Shown one piece after another: positions 55,500 through 64,000 of a stretch of DNA of 64,000 nucleotides (positions within the stretch are counted from its first letter, which is position 1; every line of letters starts with the position of its first letter). Under the pieces are notes generated by a model. The model did not search any database. It was not told the DNA's origin and saw only the letters and a program-made list of their open reading frames with translations. The position numbers were made by a program, and so were the translations under genes. The DNA comes from a virus: positions 9 to 64,008 of IMG/VR virus record IMGVR_UViG_3300049061_000067. One strand, written 5' to 3'.

Positions 55500-55690
55500 T
55501 CCATCTCTCCAACGAGCGATGTTTCGCCAATCCTTACCGCAACCGTCTTCCAATAGACCAGCCGCTTGCGAAGGACTGGAGCGCAATACGTTACCTTCCC
55601 ACGCTCAACTACAAACCCGGCACAGAGGTACGCCGTTGTCACTCTGTACAGTCCGTCTCTCAATTGCAATCTCCCTGCTTCAGCCGCCAA
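55496..55690 (-). CDS. Hypothetical small protein
   Basis: ORF track. ATGA coupling to the downstream gene. Confidence 0.3.
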   Translation of the reverse strand: MAAEAGRLQLRDGLYRVTTAYLCAGFVVERGKVTYCAPVLRKRLVYWKTVAVRIGETSLVGEME

Positions 55691-55781
55691 TCAAGCCACT
55701 CCTCAAACGAGTGGTCTTTGGCAAAGTTGCGCGCTGGTAATTGGCGTTCAAGTTCGTAGATGTAGTGGGCTTCGGTGTAGG

Positions 55782-56315
55782 TCACGGTTGCAACGCTGCC
55801 TCCAGTCGGTTGACTTGAACCTTGAGCTTGCGCTCGAGTTCTTTTTCATCACGCGCAATCACCGTAGCGCTGCGCGCCTCGGCGCTGGTCCCAGTGCCGG
55901 AATAGAACACCACCAGCGATGCAAGTATTCCCTCGGCAATGTTCGCGGCTTGCTGAATACGCGGATGGGCAGCAAAGTTCTGACGGTTGATGATGACCCT
56001 GAAACATTGTAACGCGCTAAGGGATGCCTGAAACTTCCGCGCCCTCTTCTCAGCGGCTGAAAGTTCCGAGGGAATGGCGTTGAATGCATCCTGCAAGGTT
56101 AGCGCGCATCCGGCACCATCGTTAAAGTCGGTGATAATTGCGGTAGCCTTGGCTTGCGGAATAGCACCAGCACTGACAAGTGAGTTAACCAGCGGGCCGG
56201 ACGCCGCAAGTGCTAGTCGAAACGATTTGATTGCAGTGCTGCCGCCGCAGCCGTATTCAAGGACCACGGTTAATAGCAGTGCAGCAATAAGCTTGCTTCG
56301 TGAGAATAGCTTCAT
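55782..56315 (-). CDS. Putative lipoprotein (177 aa)
   Basis: MKLFSRSKLIAALLLTVVLEYGC is a signal peptide plus Cys. Strong RBS AAAGGAGAT. Confidence 0.45.
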   Translation of the reverse strand: MKLFSRSKLIAALLLTVVLEYGCGGSTAIKSFRLALAASGPLVNSLVSAGAIPQAKATAIITDFNDGAGCALTLQDAFNAIPSELSAAEKRARKFQASLSALQCFRVIINRQNFAAHPRIQQAANIAEGILASLVVFYSGTGTSAEARSATVIARDEKELERKLKVQVNRLEAALQP

Positions 56316-56477
56316 AAAGGGATCTCCTTTAGGGATCGTCCAAGATGCGCCAGCAGTGTACCATTTTCAAGTAGTCTACGGCGAAAAAGTTACGGAGCTA
56401 AGTTGAGCTTGACTTGTAATACTGATTTATAGTAAGTTGCCGTCGCTTGAAAGTTTAGTGAGTTGAAAGGTAAATAA

Positions 56478-57284
56478 ATGAGATACTTGTCAATGTTAAT
56501 TCTCGTGGTGCTAGCCGCTCTAACAAGTGGCTGTAACTACGCCGAGGAACAAGGAACCGTCGCGGTGGAGACTAGTTACGGCAAGATTGTAAAAGTTCAC
56601 GAACCGGGAGAATCGTTTAGCTGCTTCTCGTACGGTTGCGACTCTTACGAAGTTGACTTGCGCGATCACATGGACGGGGTAGACTGTGCGGGTGTAACCA
56701 GCGACAATATTCCTTTCTACATGAAGGTAGACGTGGTTCACAAGCCTATCAAAGATCGCGTTGCGGAGTATATTTCGTTATTCGGGGCGGAACCTGATGG
56801 GCGTAGTCAAAAGCGTTGGGCCGTATTAAAGCAGCATGTGGGAAACGCCTGCCGCAATGCTACGTCGGGTCGCTATAACGCTTATGATTTGCGTTCTAAG
56901 CAAGCCGAAGTATTAGCAGCAATTCAAGCTGAGCTTGCTCCAAAACTGAGCGCGGAAATGGCCTTGAGCCTTTCAAGTGTTGGCATGGAGATTCAGCCAC
57001 AGTTTTCAGACCCACGTATTGACGAAGCAGCAAACGCTGTCGTGGCAGCACAGAAGCAAAAGGAAGCTGAGGGCGCGTTAAAGGCCGCTGCTGATATTCG
57101 CGCAGAACGTCAACAGGTAGAAGCGCGGATTTACGCAAACCCGCTGGCTTATAAAATTGAAGAACTGAAACTCCTTAAGGAAATTGAGCAAGTACGCGCC
57201 GAAGGGATTGCACGACACCAAGGAACGCTCATTCTTGGTCAAACGGGCATCACGCCACAACTGCAAATAGGAGGGCAAAAGTGA
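56478..57284 (+). CDS. SPFH/Band-7 (prohibitin/HflKC-like) domain lipoprotein
   Basis: Lipoprotein signal MRYLSMLILVVLAALTSGC. C-terminal coiled-coil region ...RIYANPLAYKIEELKLLKEIEQVRAEGIARH is typical of the SPFH family. Confidence 0.55.
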   Translation: MRYLSMLILVVLAALTSGCNYAEEQGTVAVETSYGKIVKVHEPGESFSCFSYGCDSYEVDLRDHMDGVDCAGVTSDNIPFYMKVDVVHKPIKDRVAEYISLFGAEPDGRSQKRWAVLKQHVGNACRNATSGRYNAYDLRSKQAEVLAAIQAELAPKLSAEMALSLSSVGMEIQPQFSDPRIDEAANAVVAAQKQKEAEGALKAAADIRAERQQVEARIYANPLAYKIEELKLLKEIEQVRAEGIARHQGTLILGQTGITPQLQIGGQK

Positions 57285-57511
57285 AGCTCATAGGAATAGT
57301 TGTTGGCATCCTTTTAGCAATTAGTTTTCTGACAGCGCTATACTTAATCGTGCGTAGTTTCCATCATCAGTGGAAATGGCAAAATAAAGTAAATGAAAAC
57401 CGGATGCGTAGAGCTGTGATGGAAGAGTTTGATATTCAGTACGAGGTTGACGAGAAAGGTTTTGTTGCTCCCGTTAAGCGTAGCGGCAGAGGACATAGAT
57501 CGCCAATGTAG
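57281..57511 (+). CDS. Small single-TM protein (76 aa), co-operonic with the SPFH gene
   Basis: LIGIVVGILLAISFLTALYLIV. ATGA overlap. Confidence 0.45.
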   Translation: MKLIGIVVGILLAISFLTALYLIVRSFHHQWKWQNKVNENRMRRAVMEEFDIQYEVDEKGFVAPVKRSGRGHRSPM

Positions 57512-57517
57512 ACCTTA

Positions 57518-57658
57518 ATGAAAAAGAAAATCACTAAGGAGCAGTACCATTGTAAATGTGAGCGTTGCGGACATGAGTGGGTCAGTCGTAAAGGCGTTCC
57601 AATGGTCTGCCCGAGTAAACGCTGTCATAACCCACGCTGGAATGAAAAGGTCAGTTAG
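57518..57658 (+). CDS. Mini zinc-ribbon protein (46 aa)
   Basis: CKCERCGHEW...CPSKRCHNPRW. Paralogue of 50349-50462. Confidence 0.35.
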   Translation: MKKKITKEQYHCKCERCGHEWVSRKGVPMVCPSKRCHNPRWNEKVS

Positions 57659-57665
57659 AACGCCA

Positions 57666-59555
57666 CTAGACCACATTCACCCGCACTGCCACCACGCCAC
57701 ACGTCGACTGAAACGTGATTGTGCGACTTTGCCGCTTGACCTTGACGCTAAACTGTTTAACCGTGCTGGTTGGACCGGCGCTCCAGACCAGCGGCGACAC
57801 TGTTACCTGCCCGTCGCTGCCGGTGACTCGCACTTCTGTTGGACCGCTTAAATCTTGCAGCGTCACAGCAATTGTTCCAGTGCTGTTTCTGCGGATCGAC
57901 ACTGATGCTGGTGCTGAGATGGTGCAGGGAACTGTTGGCGGTGGTTGCGGCTCAGGCTCCGGTGCTGGCGCAGGCGCTGTGCCGGGCTCAGTCTGCGTCT
58001 GCTGCACCCACGCGCTACCTGTCCACTTGTACCAGAAGTTATCAGTACCCAACACGTAGACGGTCTGTGCCAGATACTTGTACACCGAACCCTCGCCGCC
58101 GCCTGCCTGTACGCCGTCACGAAGCGTCTGTCGCGCGCTGCCAATGGTCCATGTTGCATGGGCAGCGTCAACGATGGTCGTTGCCTTGGTACCATCAGGG
58201 CTAGGCTCAGGCAGCGGACTGGGTGAAGGCATTGGCGTTGGTGCCGGAATCGGCGTGCCACCTGTCCACGCCAGATACGACGGCACTCGCCGTGCATGCT
58301 GGTTGTAGTTCTTCGGCGTGCCGTCCATCATGGCGCGCACTCCATCGCTGCCACCGTAAGCCGCGTCCCACAGCTCGTCACCTGCTGTCTTGAAGAATGG
58401 ATCGCCTGATAGTTGAAACGCCTTGCCGAACGCAGGCAGGATGGTGGAGATCGCCTGTCGCGTGCTTGGCAGCCACCATGCTTCCAACGCTGTCCACGGG
58501 AATGCAATGTCACCCTTCTCGTAGCGTGTCGGATTGACTGACGTACCACCGTGGTAAAAGTAGTGGAAGCCGCGTATGCGCTTGCCTGAGACTTGCTCGA
58601 TCTGGTCCTTGATGTACGGACCGTTGCTGTACAGGTGCCGACAACCGCGCGTGATCTGGCTCTTGACGTTCTCTTTAACTGTCGCATTGCCGGTTAACTC
58701 ATACACGTCACACAACGCAGCCAGCAGCAGCCCCACCATAAACGGCTGCATCACGCCGACCAGCGAACCGCCATCATCGTCAAGCCAATCGTCATTCCAA
58801 ACCCATGCGCCGTCTGCACGTTGCGTACGCCCGAAGTATTGGACTGCGGCTGACTCGACGTCTGCAAGGTACTGCGCTCGCAATTGTGCGCCATTGGTTG
58901 CCGTGCCGCCTGCTGTTAGCGGAAACGAGTCAGGCAACACCTTCGCCAGCCATGTTGCATAGTGCAGCGTGAATGCACCCTCACGCAGGTCGTACAGTGC
59001 CGAGTTCAAGCGTCGCAGCACGTAAATGTCAAAGAAGTAGCGGGTGTAGGAGTTGATCCAGTCCCATAGCTCGGGCCTGCCGTCTTCCGCCCGAAGGGTT
59101 AGTCCGGCTATGCCTGCATGGCGTGGTGGAGGGGCCGCGTTGTCTTCACCTTGTGGCGGCGGTAGCCATGCGCGAATCCTGCCTTCGCCAATCCACGCGC
59201 CGTTTTTCCACCACTCGTCTGCGGCCGTGCGATGCAATTGCATCATGTAGTCGTTTCCCGATCTTGCGTAAGCAATACGCAGACTTTGAGGCAGGTCATA
59301 GTAATGATGGTTTACGTAAACATCGAATGGACCGTTAGCCCAATTGCTAACAGCCTGTTTCCATGCATCCTCAGACTCAAACTGCTCACGCAGCGGTTTA
59401 GGCGGGGATAATACATGCGGTGACTCCCCATGCTCCCGCGCCTTGGCAACCTGCGTCTGGTCGAACCAGCTGTTGCCGATTGGGGTAAGTGGGCCAGTGA
59501 TGAATTCTGCTGCTGACATGGCTGAGTGCTCCTTGAATGGATATAAGAAAGACAC
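57666..59555 (-). CDS. Large multi-domain enzyme: putative (alpha/alpha)-barrel polysaccharide hydrolase/lyase, Pro-rich linkers, small Trp-rich domain and C-terminal Ig-like domain. Tail-associated depolymerase or lysin.
   Basis: 629 aa. Linkers PIPAPTPMPSPSPLPEPSP and PAPAPEPEPQPPP. Position at the end of the tail-fibre operon. Confidence 0.4.
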   Translation of the reverse strand: MSFLYPFKEHSAMSAAEFITGPLTPIGNSWFDQTQVAKAREHGESPHVLSPPKPLREQFESEDAWKQAVSNWANGPFDVYVNHHYYDLPQSLRIAYARSGNDYMMQLHRTAADEWWKNGAWIGEGRIRAWLPPPQGEDNAAPPPRHAGIAGLTLRAEDGRPELWDWINSYTRYFFDIYVLRRLNSALYDLREGAFTLHYATWLAKVLPDSFPLTAGGTATNGAQLRAQYLADVESAAVQYFGRTQRADGAWVWNDDWLDDDGGSLVGVMQPFMVGLLLAALCDVYELTGNATVKENVKSQITRGCRHLYSNGPYIKDQIEQVSGKRIRGFHYFYHGGTSVNPTRYEKGDIAFPWTALEAWWLPSTRQAISTILPAFGKAFQLSGDPFFKTAGDELWDAAYGGSDGVRAMMDGTPKNYNQHARRVPSYLAWTGGTPIPAPTPMPSPSPLPEPSPDGTKATTIVDAAHATWTIGSARQTLRDGVQAGGGEGSVYKYLAQTVYVLGTDNFWYKWTGSAWVQQTQTEPGTAPAPAPEPEPQPPPTVPCTISAPASVSIRRNSTGTIAVTLQDLSGPTEVRVTGSDGQVTVSPLVWSAGPTSTVKQFSVKVKRQSRTITFQSTCGVVAVRVNVV

Positions 59556-59624
59556 GGTTAGATCCGCCGCCTGTGGTCGTTGCGCTCCTGATGTGTAGCT
59601 CGTGCCTGGAAGTTCTTTTTCTCG

Positions 59625-60362
59625 CTAAACTCCCCACTTACCTCTTAGATAAGATGTCCATGCGTCCCTTGCCGTTGATCCAAGTGCGGATTTGAATAAA
59701 ACAATTTCGTGAAGCGTGGCTTTTAGTACATTTTGTGACCCATTACCAAAAGCACCAATCATTAGATCTTTGGTCGTTGCCGTACCCGTCACAAGCGACT
59801 GGACTCCGTCAGATGCTCCGTTGCGATAATACGAGACTGTGCTACCAGAGATAATCGCTGCAATTAGACTCGTTCCCGCGGTATTATTAGCCTTAGTCCC
59901 TGCCGCGATAAATGGTCTGTCTATATTGGGAAATCCACCTGCGATCGTCGTCAGATAGTAAAGATACGCCCCCGCGCTCGCATTGTTATCCTTCGATATA
60001 ATCGACATCACATTCGAATCCATAAAGGCTCCTTGTATGACGACGAAAATAGAACTATCCGCGTTCAAGGCTAGATCCGCATTATTGGCGACAGTCATAA
60101 ACTTTGAATCAAAGGCAATGCCTGGCAGGCCGTTTAGGCTGCCGGTATTGAAGGCGGGGCGGCTGCCAGAAGTGGCTTGTGAGGCATGGTATGAATTGCC
60201 GCTAAAGTCATTCCATTGCTGTACCGTTTGTCCGTTAGTCGCGAGAGTTGTTCCGGCATCGTTATAGACACCCTCATCAGCTTTAAGCCACAAAACGAGA
60301 TCAGTCGTTGGGGGTGCGCCGCCCGCTGCTCTTGATGCTGGAAATCCTACTATATGGCCCAT
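59625..60362 (-). CDS. Tail fibre / receptor-binding protein with a ConA-like lectin (LamG) fold
   Basis: 245 aa. Sequence pattern compatible with the Laminin_G_3 family. Position in the tail-fibre operon. Confidence 0.4.
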   Translation of the reverse strand: MGHIVGFPASRAAGGAPPTTDLVLWLKADEGVYNDAGTTLATNGQTVQQWNDFSGNSYHASQATSGSRPAFNTGSLNGLPGIAFDSKFMTVANNADLALNADSSIFVVIQGAFMDSNVMSIISKDNNASAGAYLYYLTTIAGGFPNIDRPFIAAGTKANNTAGTSLIAAIISGSTVSYYRNGASDGVQSLVTGTATTKDLMIGAFGNGSQNVLKATLHEIVLFKSALGSTARDAWTSYLRGKWGV

Positions 60363-61267
60363 TACGTTAATGTCACTTTCAGGCTGATAGTAAGCCGTTG
60401 AATTGAAGTCACAGAATCGACGTTAAAGCGAACAATGTCACCCGCCGATATTGAGGTAGTCCATCCTGTCAAGGTGGCATCTTGTGACTTAGCGGCAGAC
60501 GAGATTGCTGGCACGGCGGCCGCTGTTATTGAATCCGCGTCCGTTGGGGGAAAGTTTGCGTAAGTGTCCTTCCAAATGTCGACAACGATTGAGCCGGATT
60601 GATCTGCAAGCATCGTTATAGCGTTGACGGCACAGGCGAAATCTATTGGCCCAAGGTCGCCTTTTATTCCTGTTGTGATTGTTGAGCCGCCGCCATCGAT
60701 AACAAAGGTCAGCGTTGTTGTTTTTAGGTTTGTCTTAACTGTTGGATTTGGGTAAGTGCCAGCAAGATCCCCGCCCGCTGATCCGCTGGGAGCCGCACTG
60801 GAAACGGTATTTCCCAGCAGGCTCTGCATCTGCATGTTGGTCCCGTCATAGACCAGATCAACCCACTGGCCTGCGCGAATGTCGTTGTCAGCAAGGTCGG
60901 TAGTAATCCCACCAGCAGCTTTCTTGATTGTCTTGGCACCCAGACCGTTGAAGTTGACCGTGCAGGCGCCTGTGTTTGCGGTATTGGCCTTGAATCGATA
61001 GTGCTGACCTGTCTCGTAGGCAACTGGTGCGGGAAACAATGTGGCAACATAGGTATCAGTCGATCCCGCATCGGCGGCAAAACGCGAGCTAAACAGATGC
61101 TTGATGATATTCAGCCAACTTATGCGTTTGGTTGTTCCTGTGGTCGCGTCAGTTAGATCGTCCTTATCGACAATTGCGCTAAAGTCGTCACCTGCTGGTG
61201 CCGTTGTAAGCTCCGTAAACTGACTCCATTGTTCATTAGGCATGTTCTTTCTCCATGAGTACGCCAC
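60362..61267 (-). CDS. Tail fibre protein
   Basis: 301 aa, Gly/Thr/Ser-rich. Position. Confidence 0.45.
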   Translation of the reverse strand: MAYSWRKNMPNEQWSQFTELTTAPAGDDFSAIVDKDDLTDATTGTTKRISWLNIIKHLFSSRFAADAGSTDTYVATLFPAPVAYETGQHYRFKANTANTGACTVNFNGLGAKTIKKAAGGITTDLADNDIRAGQWVDLVYDGTNMQMQSLLGNTVSSAAPSGSAGGDLAGTYPNPTVKTNLKTTTLTFVIDGGGSTITTGIKGDLGPIDFACAVNAITMLADQSGSIVVDIWKDTYANFPPTDADSITAAAVPAISSAAKSQDATLTGWTTSISAGDIVRFNVDSVTSIQRLTISLKVTLT

Positions 61268-63989
61268 CTTCCTTTGCCATCAATATGCCGCCTTCCTTCG
61301 CCATTGCAAACAATGACCCAAAGCCGATGACTATTGAAGCCGTCACCGCCGTCGAGCAGCCCCATTGGTTACACGCAACAGCCTCCACCGTGTACAACCC
61401 GTCAACGCTTGCCAGCAACTCAAACACGCCCTTGTTGTCTTCGTTGGGCGGCAATGCAGAGTTGATTGATTCATCGACTGCTACACCGCCACGCAGGATC
61501 AGCCTGATCTTCGCATACATTCCCGCTCGATAGATTGTTTCTCCGAAAATGACGCCGCCACGGATTGAAGTAATTCCTGCCGCCCCATCAGTGGCTTGCG
61601 TCAGTCCATCAGGTGGAAATCCAGCCTCGTCAAACGCGATGTTTGGCGGCGGGGATTCAAAGTTGGTTAGCCCGGACGGAATCAGCAAACCCGCAGGCTC
61701 AGCCACCAGATCGCTGAGTTGCAGCCGTGAGTACTTACGCGCCACAAACGACACTGTAAATTCGCCGGTAATCTCAATGTCTTCCAGCCGGACCAACTGG
61801 TTTCTGAATGGCCCTGAATCATCCGAGACACAGCATACGTCGCCTTCGTCAAGCAAGAGCGCGTCGCCTGCCGAGCCCCACTCGAAGAAGTGATCGCCGT
61901 CACGCAGCTTGTTTAGCAGGCCGTTGGACAGGCGTGCCGATTGATTGTAGTTGTCTACTGACGCATGGTCGACCTCAAACGTGTTCACCTTGCGCGTCTT
62001 GCGCTGATGGTTGAAGTCATTGACCGTGATTGGCTGCTTGCCAAAGTCCCTGACCGACTCGCGATACTCTGCCTTGATCTGGTTAACCAGCGATTGCCGC
62101 GAAGCATCCGGCCAGCCAAAGGTACCGTCAAGAATGTTAGCGCGCGTGGTATCAGCATAAGCCAGCGCCTTCCCGGCAAACGACTTCATGACCCGCGTGA
62201 TTTCAGTCTCCGCGTCGTGGGCCTCGTCAAGCGCTGAAGCAAGAGTCAGCACGCCAAGCTTGGCCTTAACTGTAACCACGTTGGTTACAGCATGCGCTTC
62301 CACGTAGGTGCTGATTTCGGGTGTCGCGTTAATCACGCAGGCCATGCGGTGCCCGATAGTTGCGCTGGTTTCATTGTCAAGCAGGGTCAGGACGCAATCA
62401 ACGCTGTCGATGGTTACAGTAATCGTTGCACCCTCGCTCAACGAGCCTGTGATTGTCACTGTAGCTGACGATTGAACCGTGGGTGAGCCCCCGACAAGCG
62501 TCGCGCTGGAAGCTACGGCCGTAGGCCCGCCTGACGCAGAAGCGGCTAGCGTGATACTGTCTCCCAAGTCGGAATAAGCTGCCGCCGTTACCGCGCGCAC
62601 TTCGGAGATCTCGCTGGCAATCTGCGTCCACGTTACAGGATCATCGTCAGTGAGTTGCCAAACAGTGTCGCTGTCACGTTGCAGGGCGTACTTGCCGACG
62701 TCTGCGGCAACCAAGTCCGTTGCGCCCTCACGCGTGATAGCAGTGTCATAGATGAAGGTAATGTGCCGGTCAAGATGCACCTTGCCTTCCAGCAAGTACG
62801 GCGAACCAAGCGTGTTCTTCCACGGCAACACGTCGTTGACTGTGAGTGTTGTTGTCCCGACAAGCGCTTCCACGCGCAGCTTTGTCCAGTCAGCCGGGCG
62901 CTCGCTGTCAATGATTGTCTGCCCCTTGATGTTCCAGCGGAGAAACCCGCGAAAGGTAGGGAAGATGCGGTCATACAGCGCGTCAACGGCCTTCTGCACT
63001 TCGGAGAACTCAATGTTACACGTGAAACGCTTGCGATAGACGGTGAGCGCGTCGAGTGACGTCGGCGGGGTCGCGGGATCAAAGAACTCGTAGTCGCACT
63101 CACGCGCGGGCACGCCTGCGGGTATCTGTGTGCGAGTAGATTCAAACGATGCAGGAGTCAGGAGTCCAGTAGAGTTGTAGCGCTTGTAATCAACGCCTGC
63201 TTTAGCCGTCTCGGTGTTAGGCAACAGGCAACGCTCAGCGTTGGATTCGTCTCGTATAGCACCGCAGTTGTACGCTGCTGCATAAGCGCTCAGATAATCG
63301 TCAATTGAATCAGGGTCATTGTTCATTAGCGCTGGCTCAGTGAGAATAAACCGCGCATGGTCAACGGGGTTGTCGGTCCAGTCCTGACCGGGGCAACCTG
63401 TTGGCGTGACGCGCATTGAGGCCCACAGGCGTGATACCTGCTCTGCCGTAGCGGCGACGCCGTTAAACAGCGCCAGTCGCGAGGCTCCCTGACTTTGCCA
63501 GACTGGCCCAAAGGCAAAGTTGGGTGTATAGCCAAATCGCCACGGTGAATTATTGAAGTCGGGAAAAACTATCTCGCCAGTGAAGGCTTGCGAGTCTCTG
63601 AGACAGCCCTGCACGTACAGGTAGATCGCGTTCCCATCGTAGACGAACACGATCAGGTAAGGCGTACCGTCTTCCACGATTGGTCCATACGACAACTGCC
63701 CTGTTCCGCCACCTATGGCGCCATTACCAAAGGACACGAAGATGGTGTCAGAGCCCAGCCCCAGTCCAAACGACAGCCCAAACGGCACACCGCCCGCCGT
63801 GTCCGTGCCCCGATTCAGGATGTATGACTGAGCCACATGTGAGGTCATACGGCCAATTGCAACCCAGGTTTGAACGCCACGCAGGTCTAACGAACCGCCA
63901 GATGGGGCAGGGAGAAACCCTATTGGACCACTAACGAAGCGAGATGCAGAATCGGTTTCAATTGGAACCTCAGGCGTGCTGATATCCAA
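61236..63989 (-). CDS. Host-specificity / central tail fibre protein (J-like) with an N-terminal LamG-like domain. The N-terminus may extend beyond the window.
   Basis: 917 aa, the largest tail ORF. C-terminal tandem MAKEGG(I/V)LM repeat. Confidence 0.5.
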   Translation of the reverse strand: MDISTPEVPIETDSASRFVSGPIGFLPAPSGGSLDLRGVQTWVAIGRMTSHVAQSYILNRGTDTAGGVPFGLSFGLGLGSDTIFVSFGNGAIGGGTGQLSYGPIVEDGTPYLIVFVYDGNAIYLYVQGCLRDSQAFTGEIVFPDFNNSPWRFGYTPNFAFGPVWQSQGASRLALFNGVAATAEQVSRLWASMRVTPTGCPGQDWTDNPVDHARFILTEPALMNNDPDSIDDYLSAYAAAYNCGAIRDESNAERCLLPNTETAKAGVDYKRYNSTGLLTPASFESTRTQIPAGVPARECDYEFFDPATPPTSLDALTVYRKRFTCNIEFSEVQKAVDALYDRIFPTFRGFLRWNIKGQTIIDSERPADWTKLRVEALVGTTTLTVNDVLPWKNTLGSPYLLEGKVHLDRHITFIYDTAITREGATDLVAADVGKYALQRDSDTVWQLTDDDPVTWTQIASEISEVRAVTAAAYSDLGDSITLAASASGGPTAVASSATLVGGSPTVQSSATVTITGSLSEGATITVTIDSVDCVLTLLDNETSATIGHRMACVINATPEISTYVEAHAVTNVVTVKAKLGVLTLASALDEAHDAETEITRVMKSFAGKALAYADTTRANILDGTFGWPDASRQSLVNQIKAEYRESVRDFGKQPITVNDFNHQRKTRKVNTFEVDHASVDNYNQSARLSNGLLNKLRDGDHFFEWGSAGDALLLDEGDVCCVSDDSGPFRNQLVRLEDIEITGEFTVSFVARKYSRLQLSDLVAEPAGLLIPSGLTNFESPPPNIAFDEAGFPPDGLTQATDGAAGITSIRGGVIFGETIYRAGMYAKIRLILRGGVAVDESINSALPPNEDNKGVFELLASVDGLYTVEAVACNQWGCSTAVTASIVIGFGSLFAMAKEGGILMAKEGGVLMEKEHA

Positions 63990-64000
63990 TACCGCAAAGC

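Noticed and set aside
54834-56012. Several plus-strand ORFs (143, 200 and 148 aa) overlapping the minus-strand 54499-56315 genes
   Set aside because: They are antisense to coupled minus-strand genes that have RBSs and signal peptides. Arg/Ser-rich junk-like translations.
1-64000. Searched for CRISPR arrays, tRNA genes (GGTTCGAATCC-type T-loops) and integrase or recombinase genes
   Set aside because: No evenly spaced direct repeats with unique spacers, no cloverleaf-like conserved tRNA boxes in intergenic regions, and no tyrosine or serine recombinase-like ORF were seen.

Overview
This window looks like a nearly complete genome of a tailed, siphovirus-like dsDNA phage or prophage, about 55-60% GC by eye. 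Coding density is high and many genes are translationally coupled through ATGA/TAATG overlaps. Layout: (1) 1-30560, minus strand, is a late/structural operon. It runs from a truncated tape measure gene through tail chaperones, major tail, neck/connector, two large repeat proteins, a GT4 glycosyltransferase, an HK97-like capsid and prohead protease, an ~8 kb sugar-modification island (fucosyltransferase, GDP-fucose synthase, FkbM methyltransferase, GT25, GT32-like, many small ORFs), Mu-F-like head morphogenesis, portal, TerL and TerS. (2) 30561-33683 holds divergent consensus sigma70 promoters, a P4-type primase and an iteron cluster. (3) 33684-52251, plus strand, is an early/replication-recombination module: many small Zn-binding ORFs, a Cas4/RecB-like nuclease, a Sak4-like ATPase, an SSB-like protein, RusA, a beta sliding clamp and an SF2-helicase-DNA-methyltransferase fusion, with no polymerase. 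(4) 52410-56315, minus strand, holds lysis-like and membrane proteins including a FixL-like heme-PAS protein. (5) 56478-57658, plus strand, is a small inserted SPFH-lipoprotein gene cluster (a 'moron'). (6) 57666-63989, minus strand, holds tail fibre, host-specificity and enzyme genes. No integrase, CRISPR array or tRNA was recognised. The most unusual content is the fucosylation/methylation island embedded in the head-gene module, the standalone FixL-like PAS gene, the SPFH gene cluster, two paralogous 22-aa-repeat virion proteins and several non-coding repeat arrays. All functional calls come from motif recognition by eye. No database search was run.
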